A DNA stretch of 64,000 nucleotides from an uncultured Gemmatimonadales bacterium (lineage in GTDB: Bacteria; Gemmatimonadota; Gemmatimonadetes; Longimicrobiales; RSA9): assembly GCA_963798085.1 (NCBI GenBank), contig CAWCRS010000003.1:512001-576000 (forward strand), written 5' to 3'. Position numbers and translations under genes: made by a program. Every line of letters begins with the position of its first letter. The first letter of the stretch is position 1. The notes below the pieces were generated by a model that was not told the DNA's origin, made no database searches, and saw nothing but the letters and a program-made list of their open reading frames with translations. This document shows, one piece after another, positions 38,702 through 48,302 of the stretch.

Positions 38702-38935
38702 ATGACGTATGTGATTGCGGAGCCCTGCATTGGGACCAAGGACGCGAGCTGCGTCGAGGTTTGCCCGGTGGATTGTATCTACGAAGGCGACGACCAGTAC
38801 TACATCCATCCCGACGAATGCATCGATTGCGGCGCGTGTGAACCGGAGTGTCCCGTGACGGCCATCTTCCCGGACACGGACGTGCCACCCGAGTGGACGG
38901 ATTACGTGGAGAAGAACCGCGTGCACTTCGGTTGA
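38702..38935 (+). CDS. ferredoxin (7Fe, FdI/FdxA-like)
   Basis: C-x7-C-x3-CP and CxxCxxCxxxCP motifs. Confidence 0.93.
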   Translation: MTYVIAEPCIGTKDASCVEVCPVDCIYEGDDQYYIHPDECIDCGACEPECPVTAIFPDTDVPPEWTDYVEKNRVHFG

Positions 38936-38989
38936 GCCGCGCGCCGCTGTGGCCGCGCAGATCCGCTGACGCGCGAACCGGCAGTGCCC

Positions 38990-39030
38990 AAAAAAAATGC
39001 GCCGGCCCCTGCATGGGAGCCGGCGCATTT
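38990..39030. terminator. bidirectional intrinsic terminator, stronger on the minus strand
   Basis: AAATGCGCCGGC...GCCGGCGCATTT stem with an A8 run on the left side. Confidence 0.8.
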
Positions 39031-39053
39031 CGCCCTTACCGCGGCCGGCGGCG

Positions 39054-39206
39054 TCAGAGCCCGGCGGCGCGGATGGCGTCCAGTTGACGGGTGGCCGACT
39101 GAGAGTTGTCGGAACCCTGCATCTGAAGCGCCTCGCGGTTCCGCGTCAGGAGCAGACTCGCGGCAACCGCGGCAACGGCCAGCAGACTTACACTCAAGGT
39201 GCGAAT
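39054..39206 (-). CDS. small signal-anchored peptide (47-50 aa), not in the ORF track
   Basis: AGGAGG RBS, then (I)RTLSVSLLAVAAVAASLLLTRNREALQMQGSDNSQSATRQLDAIRAAGL*, followed by a U8 terminator. Start is ATT at 39206 or TTG at 39197. Confidence 0.55.
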   Translation of the reverse strand: MRTLSVSLLAVAAVAASLLLTRNREALQMQGSDNSQSATRQLDAIRAAGL

Positions 39207-39644
39207 CTCAACCTCCTGTCTGTGTTCTCAGGAACGGGGATCGGGCGGTTCCAAGCCGCTTTCAGCGCATTTCGCGTGCCGTCCCCAGGCCCTGACGCAA
39301 TGCGCGTTCGGACGCGTAGTTGCGCCAGCATTACAACGCATGATTCCATGGTGAAGTGACAACTGCGTGCACTCACCTGCAACGTTGTGGTAACCAGTCG
39401 TCGCAACGTTGCGTTCTGCCGCATCGGTCGCGAGAATGCGAGGCACTGAGCAAGAACGCGCAATCGATACGCCTCGTGGGCCATCTCCTGTCTCAATGCG
39501 AGTGTGTCGTTTGCTGTTCCCGTACCATAAGGCGCCTTGCGCCGCTCCATCCCGACACGCCATTCGTCGCCGGCCACCGAACACAACCGGAGAAGCCGAC
39601 AGGAGTCGTTCGATGGCGTGGGCGCGAAAGGGAGGCAAAGCGAA

Positions 39645-40136
39645 ATGAGCGAGGCCACAACCGGCCGATCGCCGCGGGAGTCTGCCTCGGTCATCAGCGA
39701 GCTGATGATGCCGAACCAGGTGAACAACCTGGGCCATGTCTTCGGTGGCGTGGTGCTTTCCATGGTGGACCGGGCGGCGGCGGTTGCGGCCATGCGACAC
39801 GCCGGCCGCATCGCCGTCACGGCATCCATCGATCGTGTGGATTTCCGGCAGCCGATCTACGCCGGCGAGCTGGTGACGTGCAGTGCGCGCGTGAACTACG
39901 TGGGCCGCACTTCGATGGAGGTGGAGGTGACGGTAATGGCAGAGAATCTCCTGACGCGAACGAGCCGGCTGACCACGACCTGCTACCTGACCTTCGTCGC
40001 CATCGACAAGCACCATGAGCCGACGCCGGTGCCTCCGCTGCTGCTGGAAACGGATGAAGAGCGGCACCGGTGGAAGGAGGCGGAGCTACGGCGTGCCTCG
40101 CGGCTGGAGCTGGGCGTGAAGCTGGGGCGGGCGTGA
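39645..40136 (+). CDS. acyl-CoA thioesterase (hotdog fold, YciA-like)
   Basis: NNLGHVFGG..MVD, VTAS, GRTSMEV. Confidence 0.9.
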   Translation: MSEATTGRSPRESASVISELMMPNQVNNLGHVFGGVVLSMVDRAAAVAAMRHAGRIAVTASIDRVDFRQPIYAGELVTCSARVNYVGRTSMEVEVTVMAENLLTRTSRLTTTCYLTFVAIDKHHEPTPVPPLLLETDEERHRWKEAELRRASRLELGVKLGRA

Positions 40137-40204
40137 TGCTTCGCCGGCCGTACGGGGTACGTTGGCATTCCCTGTAAATCGCACCCGGAGTCGGAGAGAG
40201 GGGA

Positions 40205-40675
40205 ATGGCGCTGAAAGCAGGTGAGCTGGCTCCCGACTGTCGCGTGGCTTTGCGGCCGCGGCAATGGGTCAGCCTGAAGGACTTCGTGGGCGAGAAGCCC
40301 GTGGTGCTGCTCTTCTTTCCGCTGGCGTTTTCCTCGACGTGCACGAGCGAAATGTGCACGATCGCGGAAGACTGGAGCTCGTGGCAGGGTCTGGGCGCGC
40401 ACATCTTCGGCATCAGCGTGGACTCGCCCTACGCCAACGCGAAGTTTGCGGAGGAGACCGGAGCGCAGTTCCCGATTCTCTCGGACTTCAACCGCGAAGC
40501 CTCTCGCGCCTATGATGTGCTGCGCGCGGACCTGGGTGGACTGCTCGAGGTTTCGGAGCGCGCGGTCTTCGTCATCGACCGGAGCGGGCGGATCTCGTAC
40601 GCCTGGCTGGGCGAGAATCCGGGTGTGTTTCCTCCGCTCGAGGAGATCAAGGACGCGGTGCGGCGATTGAACTAA
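40205..40675 (+). CDS. peroxiredoxin (AhpE/BCP-like)
   Basis: FFPLAFSSTCTSEMC, GISVDS, LSDFN, RAVFVID. Confidence 0.9.
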   Translation: MALKAGELAPDCRVALRPRQWVSLKDFVGEKPVVLLFFPLAFSSTCTSEMCTIAEDWSSWQGLGAHIFGISVDSPYANAKFAEETGAQFPILSDFNREASRAYDVLRADLGGLLEVSERAVFVIDRSGRISYAWLGENPGVFPPLEEIKDAVRRLN

Positions 40676-40682
40676 CCGCGTG

Positions 40683-41978
40683 TCAGCGCTCGAGCACCAT
40701 GGCGAAGCCGAGCGCACCGGCAGCACACACCGTGACAAGGCCCAGGCCGATCCCTCGCCGCTGCATCTCGCGGAGCAGTGTAATGGTGAGCCTGCCGCCG
40801 GTGGCGCCGAACGGATGACCGATGGCGATGCTGCCTCCCATTACGTTGATCCGATCTTCCGGCAGGATGCCGACCTTGTGGTCGCGGCCCAGCTCGCGGC
40901 GCGCGAACTCGTCTGAATCGAGCGCCTGCAGGTTGGACAGAACCTGGGCTGCGAACGCCTCGTGCATTTCCCACAACTCGATGTCGGCCATGGTGACACC
41001 CGCGCGGTCGAGCGCCAGCGGAGCCGCGTAGGCGGGACCCTGCAGCAACTGGCCCGAAGGCGCGAGCGCCGTGTACGCCCAGCTGCGCAGGTAGCCGAGC
41101 GGCTCGTAACCCAGGGCTTTCGCCTTCTCCTCGCTCATCAGCAGTACTGCGGATGCCCCATCGGTGAGGGGCGATGAATTGCCCGCGGTCACGGATCCGT
41201 AGCGGCGATCGAACACAGGAGGAAGCGCAGCCAGCTTCTCGAGTGATGTGTCGGCGCGGATGCCATTGTCTTCCGTGACCACCTGCGAGTAGTCCGGAGG
41301 TACGTAGGCGGGCACGATCTCCTGCCTGAGCCGGCCATCCGCCGTGCCCTGCTGCGCCAGCTGGTGCGAGCGCAGGGCCCAGCGATCCTGCGCCTCGCGC
41401 GTGATGCCGTTCTCCTTGGCCATACGCTCGGCGCTCTCGCCCATCGACTCGCCAGTCGACGGCTCGGCAATGGCGGGAGCGACAGGGGCGAGGTCGCGGG
41501 GACGGAGGGAGGCGAGGGCGCGGATGCGCGCGGTCATGGTCCTGGCTTTGGACGCGCTGAGCAGCGCGTTGCGCAAGCGCCGTGAGAGCAGCATTGGCAC
41601 ATTGGAAAGCACTTCAGTACCACCTGCGATGATCGCATCCGCGTAACCGATCTGGATGGTTTCCGCGGCCGATGTGATGGCCTGGTTGGCAGACGAGCAC
41701 GCGCGGCTGACCGTGTACGCCGTGACGGTCGGCGGCAGCCCGGCGGCGAGGCCCACTTCCCGTGCTACGTTGGGAGCCTGGATGGGCGGCACGACGATGC
41801 CGTAGACCAGCTCATCGACCTGATCCGGCGGCAATGCTGTGCGCCCGAGCAGCTCGCGGACTGCGAGCTTGCCGAGATCGATTGGCGACATGTCGCGGAA
41901 TGCGGTTCCGGCACGCGCGAAGGGAGTGCGGCAGCCGTCCACCACCGCCACTCTCCGGCCCACCCTGTTGCCAGCCAT
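40683..41978 (-). CDS. fadI: acetyl-CoA C-acyltransferase (FadI-type thiolase)
   Basis: SRACSS, MHEAFA, GHPFGATG, VCAAG. Confidence 0.88.
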   Translation of the reverse strand: MAGNRVGRRVAVVDGCRTPFARAGTAFRDMSPIDLGKLAVRELLGRTALPPDQVDELVYGIVVPPIQAPNVAREVGLAAGLPPTVTAYTVSRACSSANQAITSAAETIQIGYADAIIAGGTEVLSNVPMLLSRRLRNALLSASKARTMTARIRALASLRPRDLAPVAPAIAEPSTGESMGESAERMAKENGITREAQDRWALRSHQLAQQGTADGRLRQEIVPAYVPPDYSQVVTEDNGIRADTSLEKLAALPPVFDRRYGSVTAGNSSPLTDGASAVLLMSEEKAKALGYEPLGYLRSWAYTALAPSGQLLQGPAYAAPLALDRAGVTMADIELWEMHEAFAAQVLSNLQALDSDEFARRELGRDHKVGILPEDRINVMGGSIAIGHPFGATGGRLTITLLREMQRRGIGLGLVTVCAAGALGFAMVLER

Positions 41979-42142
41979 CCGGTATCCTCACCTTCAGTCG
42001 ATGGGCATCCTTGCCTGCTTGCATGTTCGCACGCCCGTGAAGAGGCGCGCAACCGCTCTTCATTTCCCTTGCGTTGCGATTCCGGCGCGTCCCATCATCG
42101 GCCGTCCGAACGCACTGGGACCGCCCGTTTCAGCAGCCGGAA

Positions 42143-43369
42143 ATGGAATACCGTAAAGCCAGACGCTCCGAGGTTCGCGCGGTGGCCGAATTGTGGGTGC
42201 ACTCGTTTCCGGGTGACCGCTCGCTCGCGGAGCGCATGCAGGTGCTGGAAATGGCGGGCCAGCACGGGGGCATCGAAACCGTGCTGGTGGCGGAGGAGGG
42301 AGGCCGGCTGGCGGGTGCGCTCAAGGTCACGCCGTTCACGCAGTATCTGGGTGGCGCGGCGTTGCCGGCGATGGGGCTCGCGGCCGTCGGTATCGCGACC
42401 TGGGCGCGGCGAGAAGGCCTGGGTTCCGCGCTGTGTCGTTATGCGCTCGAGGTTTCGCATGACCGCGGCCAGGTGGTGAGCCTGCTGTTTCCGTTCCGGC
42501 CGGAGTTCTATCGCAGGCTGGGCTGGGGAATGGTGGGCGAGCTGCACGAGTATCGTTTTGCGCCGGAGCAGTTGCCTGCGGTTCTGGACGGCGGCGTGCG
42601 GCTGGCTTCGCCGGCCGACATGCCAGCGGTCTGGGAGTGCTACGACCGCGTGGCGCGTGCCTCTCAAGGCATGATCGCGCGCGACGAATTCCTGTGGAAG
42701 CGCCATATCGATCAGCCCGCGACGCACGTCTTCCTTGCCGAGCAGGATGTGGTGCGGGGCTACATGGTGGTTCGTTATGCGCGCGCACGCAGTGCGGACC
42801 GCCGGCCTCTTGTCGTGAAGGAGGTGGTAGCGGAGAACGACCTGGCGCGCGACCTGCTCTGGTCATGGGTTTCGCGGCAGCGCGATCTCTGGCGCCGCAT
42901 CCGGTACGATGCGCCACCGGACGAGCATTTCGGATTGCGACTCATTGATCCTCGCCCGGTGGGCTATCGGCCCGCCCGCTGGCTCTGGGCGCGCGTGGCG
43001 AGGGTGATTCGCGGGCCGATGCTGCGGATCGTCAATGTCGCCGAGGCATTCACGACTCGCCTGCAATGGGGACCAGCCCCACCCTTCACGTTCCTGCTCG
43101 ATGTGCGGGACGATGTTCTACCTCAGAATCGCCGCTGCTGGCGGGTCTCTTTCAATGGCCAGCGGGTGGGGATGGGAGAAGCAGACGCGGTGGCTGCGGC
43201 CGATGCGCAGCTTGCTGTGGATCCGGCGACGCTGGCCCAGTTGTATGCTGGCGAACTGGATGTCAGCGCCGCGCGGAGCCTGGGCCGGGCGCACGTCCAG
43301 GGCGACATTGCGTCCCTGAACGCCTTCTTCCGGCCTGCATTGGGTTTCCGTCTGCTGGACGAATTCTGA
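42143..43369 (+). CDS. Eis-like tandem GNAT acetyltransferase with SCP2 domain
   Basis: RREGLG, LFPF..FYRRLGW, MLRIVNV, C-terminal DEF. Confidence 0.88.
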   Translation: MEYRKARRSEVRAVAELWVHSFPGDRSLAERMQVLEMAGQHGGIETVLVAEEGGRLAGALKVTPFTQYLGGAALPAMGLAAVGIATWARREGLGSALCRYALEVSHDRGQVVSLLFPFRPEFYRRLGWGMVGELHEYRFAPEQLPAVLDGGVRLASPADMPAVWECYDRVARASQGMIARDEFLWKRHIDQPATHVFLAEQDVVRGYMVVRYARARSADRRPLVVKEVVAENDLARDLLWSWVSRQRDLWRRIRYDAPPDEHFGLRLIDPRPVGYRPARWLWARVARVIRGPMLRIVNVAEAFTTRLQWGPAPPFTFLLDVRDDVLPQNRRCWRVSFNGQRVGMGEADAVAAADAQLAVDPATLAQLYAGELDVSAARSLGRAHVQGDIASLNAFFRPALGFRLLDEF

Positions 43370-43382
43370 CAAGGGGACGCGC

Positions 43383-43991
43383 GTGGCAATCGAAGCTCTC
43401 TTCTGGGATGTTGGCGGCGTCCTGCTGAGCAACGGCTGGGACCGGGTGGCGCGCGAGCGGGCAGCTGCCCGGTTCGGCCTGGACGCAGTCGAGCTGGCTG
43501 ACCGGCACGAGATGATGGTGCATGATCTGGAGACGGGCCAGATCTCGTTCGATGCCTATCTCAAGGCCATCGTCTTCTATCGCGAGCGCTCCTTCACGCA
43601 CGAGGCCTTCTTCGATTTCGTGCGGCACCAGTCGCAGGCGATTCCGGAGGTGCTGGCGCTGGCGAGGGCGGTTGGCGCAACCGGCCGCTGGCTCATGTGC
43701 ACGATCAACAATGAATCACGCGAGCTGAACGAGTATCGCATTCGCCAGTTCGATCTGCGCAGCCTGTTCCCGTTCTTCGTCAGCTCGTGCTACGTGGGTG
43801 TACGGAAGCCGGAAGAGCGCATTTACCGGCTGGCTCTCGAGCTGACGCAGCGCGAGGCGCCGAACTGCGTGATGATCGACGATCGGGCGTTGAACCTCGA
43901 GCATGCGAAACGGCTGGGGCTGCACACAGTACAGTGCGAGAATGCGGAGCAGGTGCGGCGGGCGCTGGAAGAACTGGGCGTCTCAGCCTGA
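43383..43991 (+). CDS. HAD-superfamily phosphatase
   Basis: WDVGGVL, RKP, IDDR..N. Confidence 0.9.
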   Translation: MAIEALFWDVGGVLLSNGWDRVARERAAARFGLDAVELADRHEMMVHDLETGQISFDAYLKAIVFYRERSFTHEAFFDFVRHQSQAIPEVLALARAVGATGRWLMCTINNESRELNEYRIRQFDLRSLFPFFVSSCYVGVRKPEERIYRLALELTQREAPNCVMIDDRALNLEHAKRLGLHTVQCENAEQVRRALEELGVSA

Positions 43992-43993
43992 GG

Positions 43994-44440
43994 TCAGCCT
44001 TCCTTCAACGCTACGTCGAGCGCGTTCCAGCCGAGCAGCGCACATTTCACGCGCACCGGGAAGCGACTCACGCCGCTGAGTGCGCGCAGATCTCCGAGGG
44101 CCTTGTCGTGCGCCGCGTCGGCGTCACCGTGCATCAAAGCCGTGAACCGCTCGATCAGCTGTTTCGCTTCGGCGCGCGTCTTCCCGCGCAGCAGCTGAGT
44201 CATCATGGAAATCGACGCCTGCGAGATGGAGCACCCCTCGCCCACGAAGCGTGCTTCCTGAACGCGGTCGTTCTCGATCCGGAGCTGCAGCCAGACCTCA
44301 TCGCCACACGTGGGGTTGTTCATGTGCACGTGGCTGGTGGCGCCGGGCAGCTCACCCTTGTTGCGCGGGTGTTTGTAGTGCTCGAGGATGAGCTCCTGAT
44401 AGAGCGAACCGAGAGCGGGTGTGCTGCGGTCGATGGTCAT
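43994..44440 (-). CDS. sufU: SufU Fe-S/sulfur-transfer protein
   Basis: LYQELILEHYKHPRN, NPTCGD, GCSISQAS, RVKCA. Confidence 0.92.
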   Translation of the reverse strand: MTIDRSTPALGSLYQELILEHYKHPRNKGELPGATSHVHMNNPTCGDEVWLQLRIENDRVQEARFVGEGCSISQASISMMTQLLRGKTRAEAKQLIERFTALMHGDADAAHDKALGDLRALSGVSRFPVRVKCALLGWNALDVALKEG

Positions 44441-44595
44441 GCGCACAATGTCGCGGCACAGTCGGGCACGGTCAAACCCTGCACCTGGCGGCGGCTTGCG
44501 GCGGGAAGCGCGCCGGAGAATCGATTGAACGGCGTCGCCTGCCGAAACAGTCCACTGCCCAAGAGTACCGGGGTCGCGCACGCGAGTGAGGATCG

Positions 44596-45303
44596 ATGAG
44601 TGAAGGTGAAGGCAACGGCCTGCCGGTGCGCTACAGCGATCTCGAGGTAACGCAGATCCTGCGGCGCGCGGTGGAGCTGCAGGAGAAGGAGGGCGCCGGC
44701 GGCGGCGGCGCCGGTCTGACGCTCGAGCAGTTGCAGGATATTGCGCGCGACGTGGGTGTGGATCCGCGGTTCGTGCAGGATGCGGCCCGCTCGCTGGTAC
44801 GGACGCGGCGCAATGGCAGGCTGCTGGGCGGTCCGACCGAGTTCCATTTCGTGCAGATCCTGCCGCAGGGCTACGATCCGGCCCGCACCCAGGCGATGAT
44901 CGACGAGATCCGGACCGTGATGGGCAGGCACGGCAGGGTGGCGGAGGTAGCTGACGCGCTCGAGTGGCAGGCGAGGGACGCGGGCGGCGGCACGTTCGTG
45001 TCGGTGAGCCGCGTGGGACATGAAACACGCGCGCGCGTGATCGGCATTCGCACGGAGGCGTGCGTTACCGTCTACATGGTGTTTGGCTGTGTGGCGCTGC
45101 TGGGCAGCATTGCCGCGGGCCGGCTGCTCATCGGGTTCGGTGCTGCCGGCTCGTTGCTGGGCGCAGTGTTGGTGACTGGGAGCGCGTGGCTGGGTGCGCG
45201 CGCGCTATGGACCCGCATCGCGCGCCGCTGGGATCGGCGGCTGCGACTGTTGCTGCGATCGGTGGTGGAGGTCCTCAAGCCGGATTCCGCCAGCGACAAC
45301 TGA
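44596..45303 (+). CDS. hypothetical membrane protein (two C-terminal TM helices)
   Basis: YS..EV..ILRRA.ELQ..GLTL..L..IA..VG.DP N-terminal pattern; lies antisense between sufS and sufU. Confidence 0.7.
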   Translation: MSEGEGNGLPVRYSDLEVTQILRRAVELQEKEGAGGGGAGLTLEQLQDIARDVGVDPRFVQDAARSLVRTRRNGRLLGGPTEFHFVQILPQGYDPARTQAMIDEIRTVMGRHGRVAEVADALEWQARDAGGGTFVSVSRVGHETRARVIGIRTEACVTVYMVFGCVALLGSIAAGRLLIGFGAAGSLLGAVLVTGSAWLGARALWTRIARRWDRRLRLLLRSVVEVLKPDSASDN

Positions 45304-45391
45304 TGCGCAAACGTGCGCTTCGAGCGCGCGGTCTTCTAACGACCAGCTAGTCCGCGTCAGCACGCGCACGACGGGGGGGGCGGCGGCCGGC

Positions 45392-46636
45392 TCAGCCTGC
45401 GAAGATGCGTCGGGCTTCGCGCAGCGCTTCCACCAGCCGGTCGATTTCATCCGTGGTGTTGTACAGGTAGAAGGATGCGCGTGTGGTGGCGGGTACACGC
45501 AGGCGACGCATGAGCAGCTGCGTGCAGTGGTGACCGGCACGCACGGCAATGTTGTGCGAGTCGAGCACAGTCGCGACATCGTGCGGATGCACGCCCTCGA
45601 GTGCGAAGGAGAACACCGCAGCCCTTGCCTCGGGATCAACCGGGCCGAAGAGGGTAAGCCCGGAAACGGCGGGCAGACGCTCGAGCGCGTAGCGCGACAG
45701 TTCCTGCTCGTGTGCCCAGAGCGCGTCGTGACCGATGCCCTCGAGGAAGCGGGCGGCTGTCGCCATGGCGACTGCGCCGGCGCCGTTCGGTGTTCCCGCC
45801 TCGAACTTGTGCGGTACTTCCGCCCAGGTAGCGGAATCCAGCTGCACCACATCGATCATCTCGCCGCCACCCTGCCAGGGCGGCATCTGCTGAAGCAGCT
45901 CCCGCCTGCCCCACAGCGCACCAATGCCCATGGGCCCGCACATCTTGTGGCTGGAGAAGGCGTAGAAGTCGCAGCCCAGCGCCTGCACATCGACCTTCAC
46001 GTGCGGCGCGCCCTGCGCGCCGTCTACCACAACCAGGGCGCCGTTCTCGTGCGCCAGGTCCGCAATCTCGCGCACGGGGTGGATCGTACCCAGCGAATTC
46101 GAGATGTGGCCGATGGCGACGACGCGCGTCCTGCGTGACAACAGCGAGCGGAACTGGTCGAGGCGCAGGCGACCCTGTTCATCGATGTCGATGTAGCGGA
46201 TGCTCGCGCCGGTACGCTGCGCAATGAGCTGCCAGGGAATGATGTTGGAATGGTGCTCGAGCACACTGAGCACGATTTCGTCGCCTTGCTTCAGTTCGGC
46301 ACCTCCCCACGCGGCCGCCACGAGGTTGATCCCCTCGGTGGTACCGCGAACGAAGATCAGCTCATGCGCATCGGGCGCATTGATGAAACGGGCGAGTGTG
46401 CGGCGTGCGCCTTCGTAGTGGTCGGTGGCTCGACGTGCAAGGTCGTACAGGCCGCGATGCACGTTGGCGTTGTCCTGCCGGTAGAAATCTGCCTCGGCAC
46501 TGATCACGACTTCGGGTTTCTGCGATGTTGCGGCACTGTCCAGGTAGACCAGCGGCTGGCCGCCGGAGGTCTGGGCGAGCAGCGGAAAGCTGGCGCGCAG
46601 GGCCTGCACATCGAATGGTGCGACGGTGGTGGGCAT
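45392..46636 (-). CDS. sufS: cysteine desulfurase SufS
   Basis: YLDSAATSQKP, EHHSN, SSHKM, RAGHHC. Confidence 0.95.
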   Translation of the reverse strand: MPTTVAPFDVQALRASFPLLAQTSGGQPLVYLDSAATSQKPEVVISAEADFYRQDNANVHRGLYDLARRATDHYEGARRTLARFINAPDAHELIFVRGTTEGINLVAAAWGGAELKQGDEIVLSVLEHHSNIIPWQLIAQRTGASIRYIDIDEQGRLRLDQFRSLLSRRTRVVAIGHISNSLGTIHPVREIADLAHENGALVVVDGAQGAPHVKVDVQALGCDFYAFSSHKMCGPMGIGALWGRRELLQQMPPWQGGGEMIDVVQLDSATWAEVPHKFEAGTPNGAGAVAMATAARFLEGIGHDALWAHEQELSRYALERLPAVSGLTLFGPVDPEARAAVFSFALEGVHPHDVATVLDSHNIAVRAGHHCTQLLMRRLRVPATTRASFYLYNTTDEIDRLVEALREARRIFAG

Positions 46637-46655
46637 AATGCCGATCCTCTCTACT

Positions 46656-46964
46656 TCAGAGGGCGACGAGTATGTCGTCGCCTTCGATTCTCACTTCATA
46701 CCTGCGCAGCGGTTTGATGGCCGGGAGCCGCACGGCGCGACCGGTTGTGAGGTCGAACTGGGCGCCGTGCCAGGCGCACTCGAGACGCGAACCTTCGAGT
46801 GTGCCGCTGTGCATGGGGAAATCCTTGTGCGTGCAGTTGTCCTGGAACGCGTAGACCGTGCCATCCGTGTTGGCCAGGCAGACTGCGACACCGTTCACCT
46901 CGACGCCACGCAGCGTCCCGGGCGGCAGCTCGACGAGCGAGGCGACGCGTACGAAGCCGGACAC
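46656..46964 (-). CDS. Rieske [2Fe-2S] ferredoxin
   Basis: CTH...CAWH motif. Confidence 0.92.
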   Translation of the reverse strand: MSGFVRVASLVELPPGTLRGVEVNGVAVCLANTDGTVYAFQDNCTHKDFPMHSGTLEGSRLECAWHGAQFDLTTGRAVRLPAIKPLRRYEVRIEGDDILVAL

Positions 46965-46969
46965 CCGCG

Positions 46970-48301
46970 TCAGCCGATCTTCGCCTCGATGGCCGCGCGC
47001 AGTTCCCGCACGACAGCGGGAAGCGGCAGCCGGTCCAGCACATCATCATAGAAGCCGAATACCACGAGGCGCTCCGCTTCACGCCGCGGAATGCCGCGAC
47101 TCATGATGTAGAACAGCTCTTCCGCATCGAGATGCCCTACCGTGGCGGCGTGCGAGCAGCGCACGTCGTCGGCCTCGATCTCGAGGTTGGGCAGGGAAGT
47201 GGCTTCCGCCTGGCGCGACAGGATCAGGTTGCGATTGGTCTGGTACGCATCGGTACGCTGCGCACCCGGCCACACCTTGATCAGGCCACGGAAAATGGCG
47301 CGCGAGCGACCGTCCAGCGCGCCCTTGTAGAGCAGGTCGCTGGAGGCGTGCGGCACGCGGTGGTCCTGGCGCGTCTCGTGATCGAAATGCTGGTCATCGC
47401 GCGCGAAGTAGAGGCCAAGCAGGTCGCTGCGCGCGCCCGGTCCCTCGAGCGATGCACCCAGGTCCACGCGCGCCACGGTCGCACCGAGGTTGACGACGAG
47501 CGTGTCCAGGCTCGCGTCACGCTTCGCGACGGTGCGCTGCGTGCCCATGTGACGGACACCGCGACCCCACTGCTGCAGACCCACGTACTGCACTTCGGCC
47601 GCCGTGCCGGCATGAATCTCGACAACGCCGCAGGCGAACACCGGCTGCTCGAAATCGGGTGACGCGTATTCCTCGACCACACTCACATGGCTGCCCTCAC
47701 CGGCAACGATGAGCGTGCGCGGGAAATACGCCTGGCCCGCACCATCGACCCAGCGCAGGATGCGCACAGGCTGCTCGAGACGGACGCCGCGCGGCACGTA
47801 GAGAAAGACCCCGGCGCTCCAGAAGGCTGCATTCAGAGCGGCGAACTTGCCGGTCTCCGGCGGGGCGCAGACGCCGAGGTGCGCGCGGATCATTGAGGCG
47901 CGATCCAGCGCCGCCTCGGTGATCGACTGCAGGACCACGCCGTGCGCGCGCTGCTCGAGGTCGAGCTCGATTGAAACGAGTCCGCCATTCGCGGAAACCA
48001 CGCGACCGACGGCGGGCTTCTCTGCGAACCGCGCTGTCAGCGCAGCCGGTACTTCGCCCGGCTGATCACCGGCCAGCGCCACGGCATCCCAGCGCAGCAG
48101 CCGAGGATCGGTGTAGCGCCATTCTTCCAGGCGTGTCGTCGGCAGCGGCAGGTGCTCGTAGGCCTGCCACGCGGACAGTCGGGTGTCCGCCAGCCAGTCG
48201 GGCTGGGCACCCAGGCGGGCGCGCAGATTCGCTTCATTGAACGCGGCCGTGATGCCTTCCGCGGCAACGGCGCGCGGGGCATCGGTGGACGCGGCTGCCA
48301 C
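46970..48301 (-). CDS. sufD: Fe-S assembly protein SufD
   Basis: [36 protein letters not shown]. Confidence 0.92.
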   Translation of the reverse strand: MAAASTDAPRAVAAEGITAAFNEANLRARLGAQPDWLADTRLSAWQAYEHLPLPTTRLEEWRYTDPRLLRWDAVALAGDQPGEVPAALTARFAEKPAVGRVVSANGGLVSIELDLEQRAHGVVLQSITEAALDRASMIRAHLGVCAPPETGKFAALNAAFWSAGVFLYVPRGVRLEQPVRILRWVDGAGQAYFPRTLIVAGEGSHVSVVEEYASPDFEQPVFACGVVEIHAGTAAEVQYVGLQQWGRGVRHMGTQRTVAKRDASLDTLVVNLGATVARVDLGASLEGPGARSDLLGLYFARDDQHFDHETRQDHRVPHASSDLLYKGALDGRSRAIFRGLIKVWPGAQRTDAYQTNRNLILSRQAEATSLPNLEIEADDVRCSHAATVGHLDAEELFYIMSRGIPRREAERLVVFGFYDDVLDRLPLPAVVRELRAAIEAKIG

Positions 48302-48302
48302 C

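Noticed and set aside
48037..48302. Apparent 100-aa C-terminal extension of SufB overlapping sufD
   Set aside because: Caused by one extra base; the conserved EMEGSVG* end is present at 48303.
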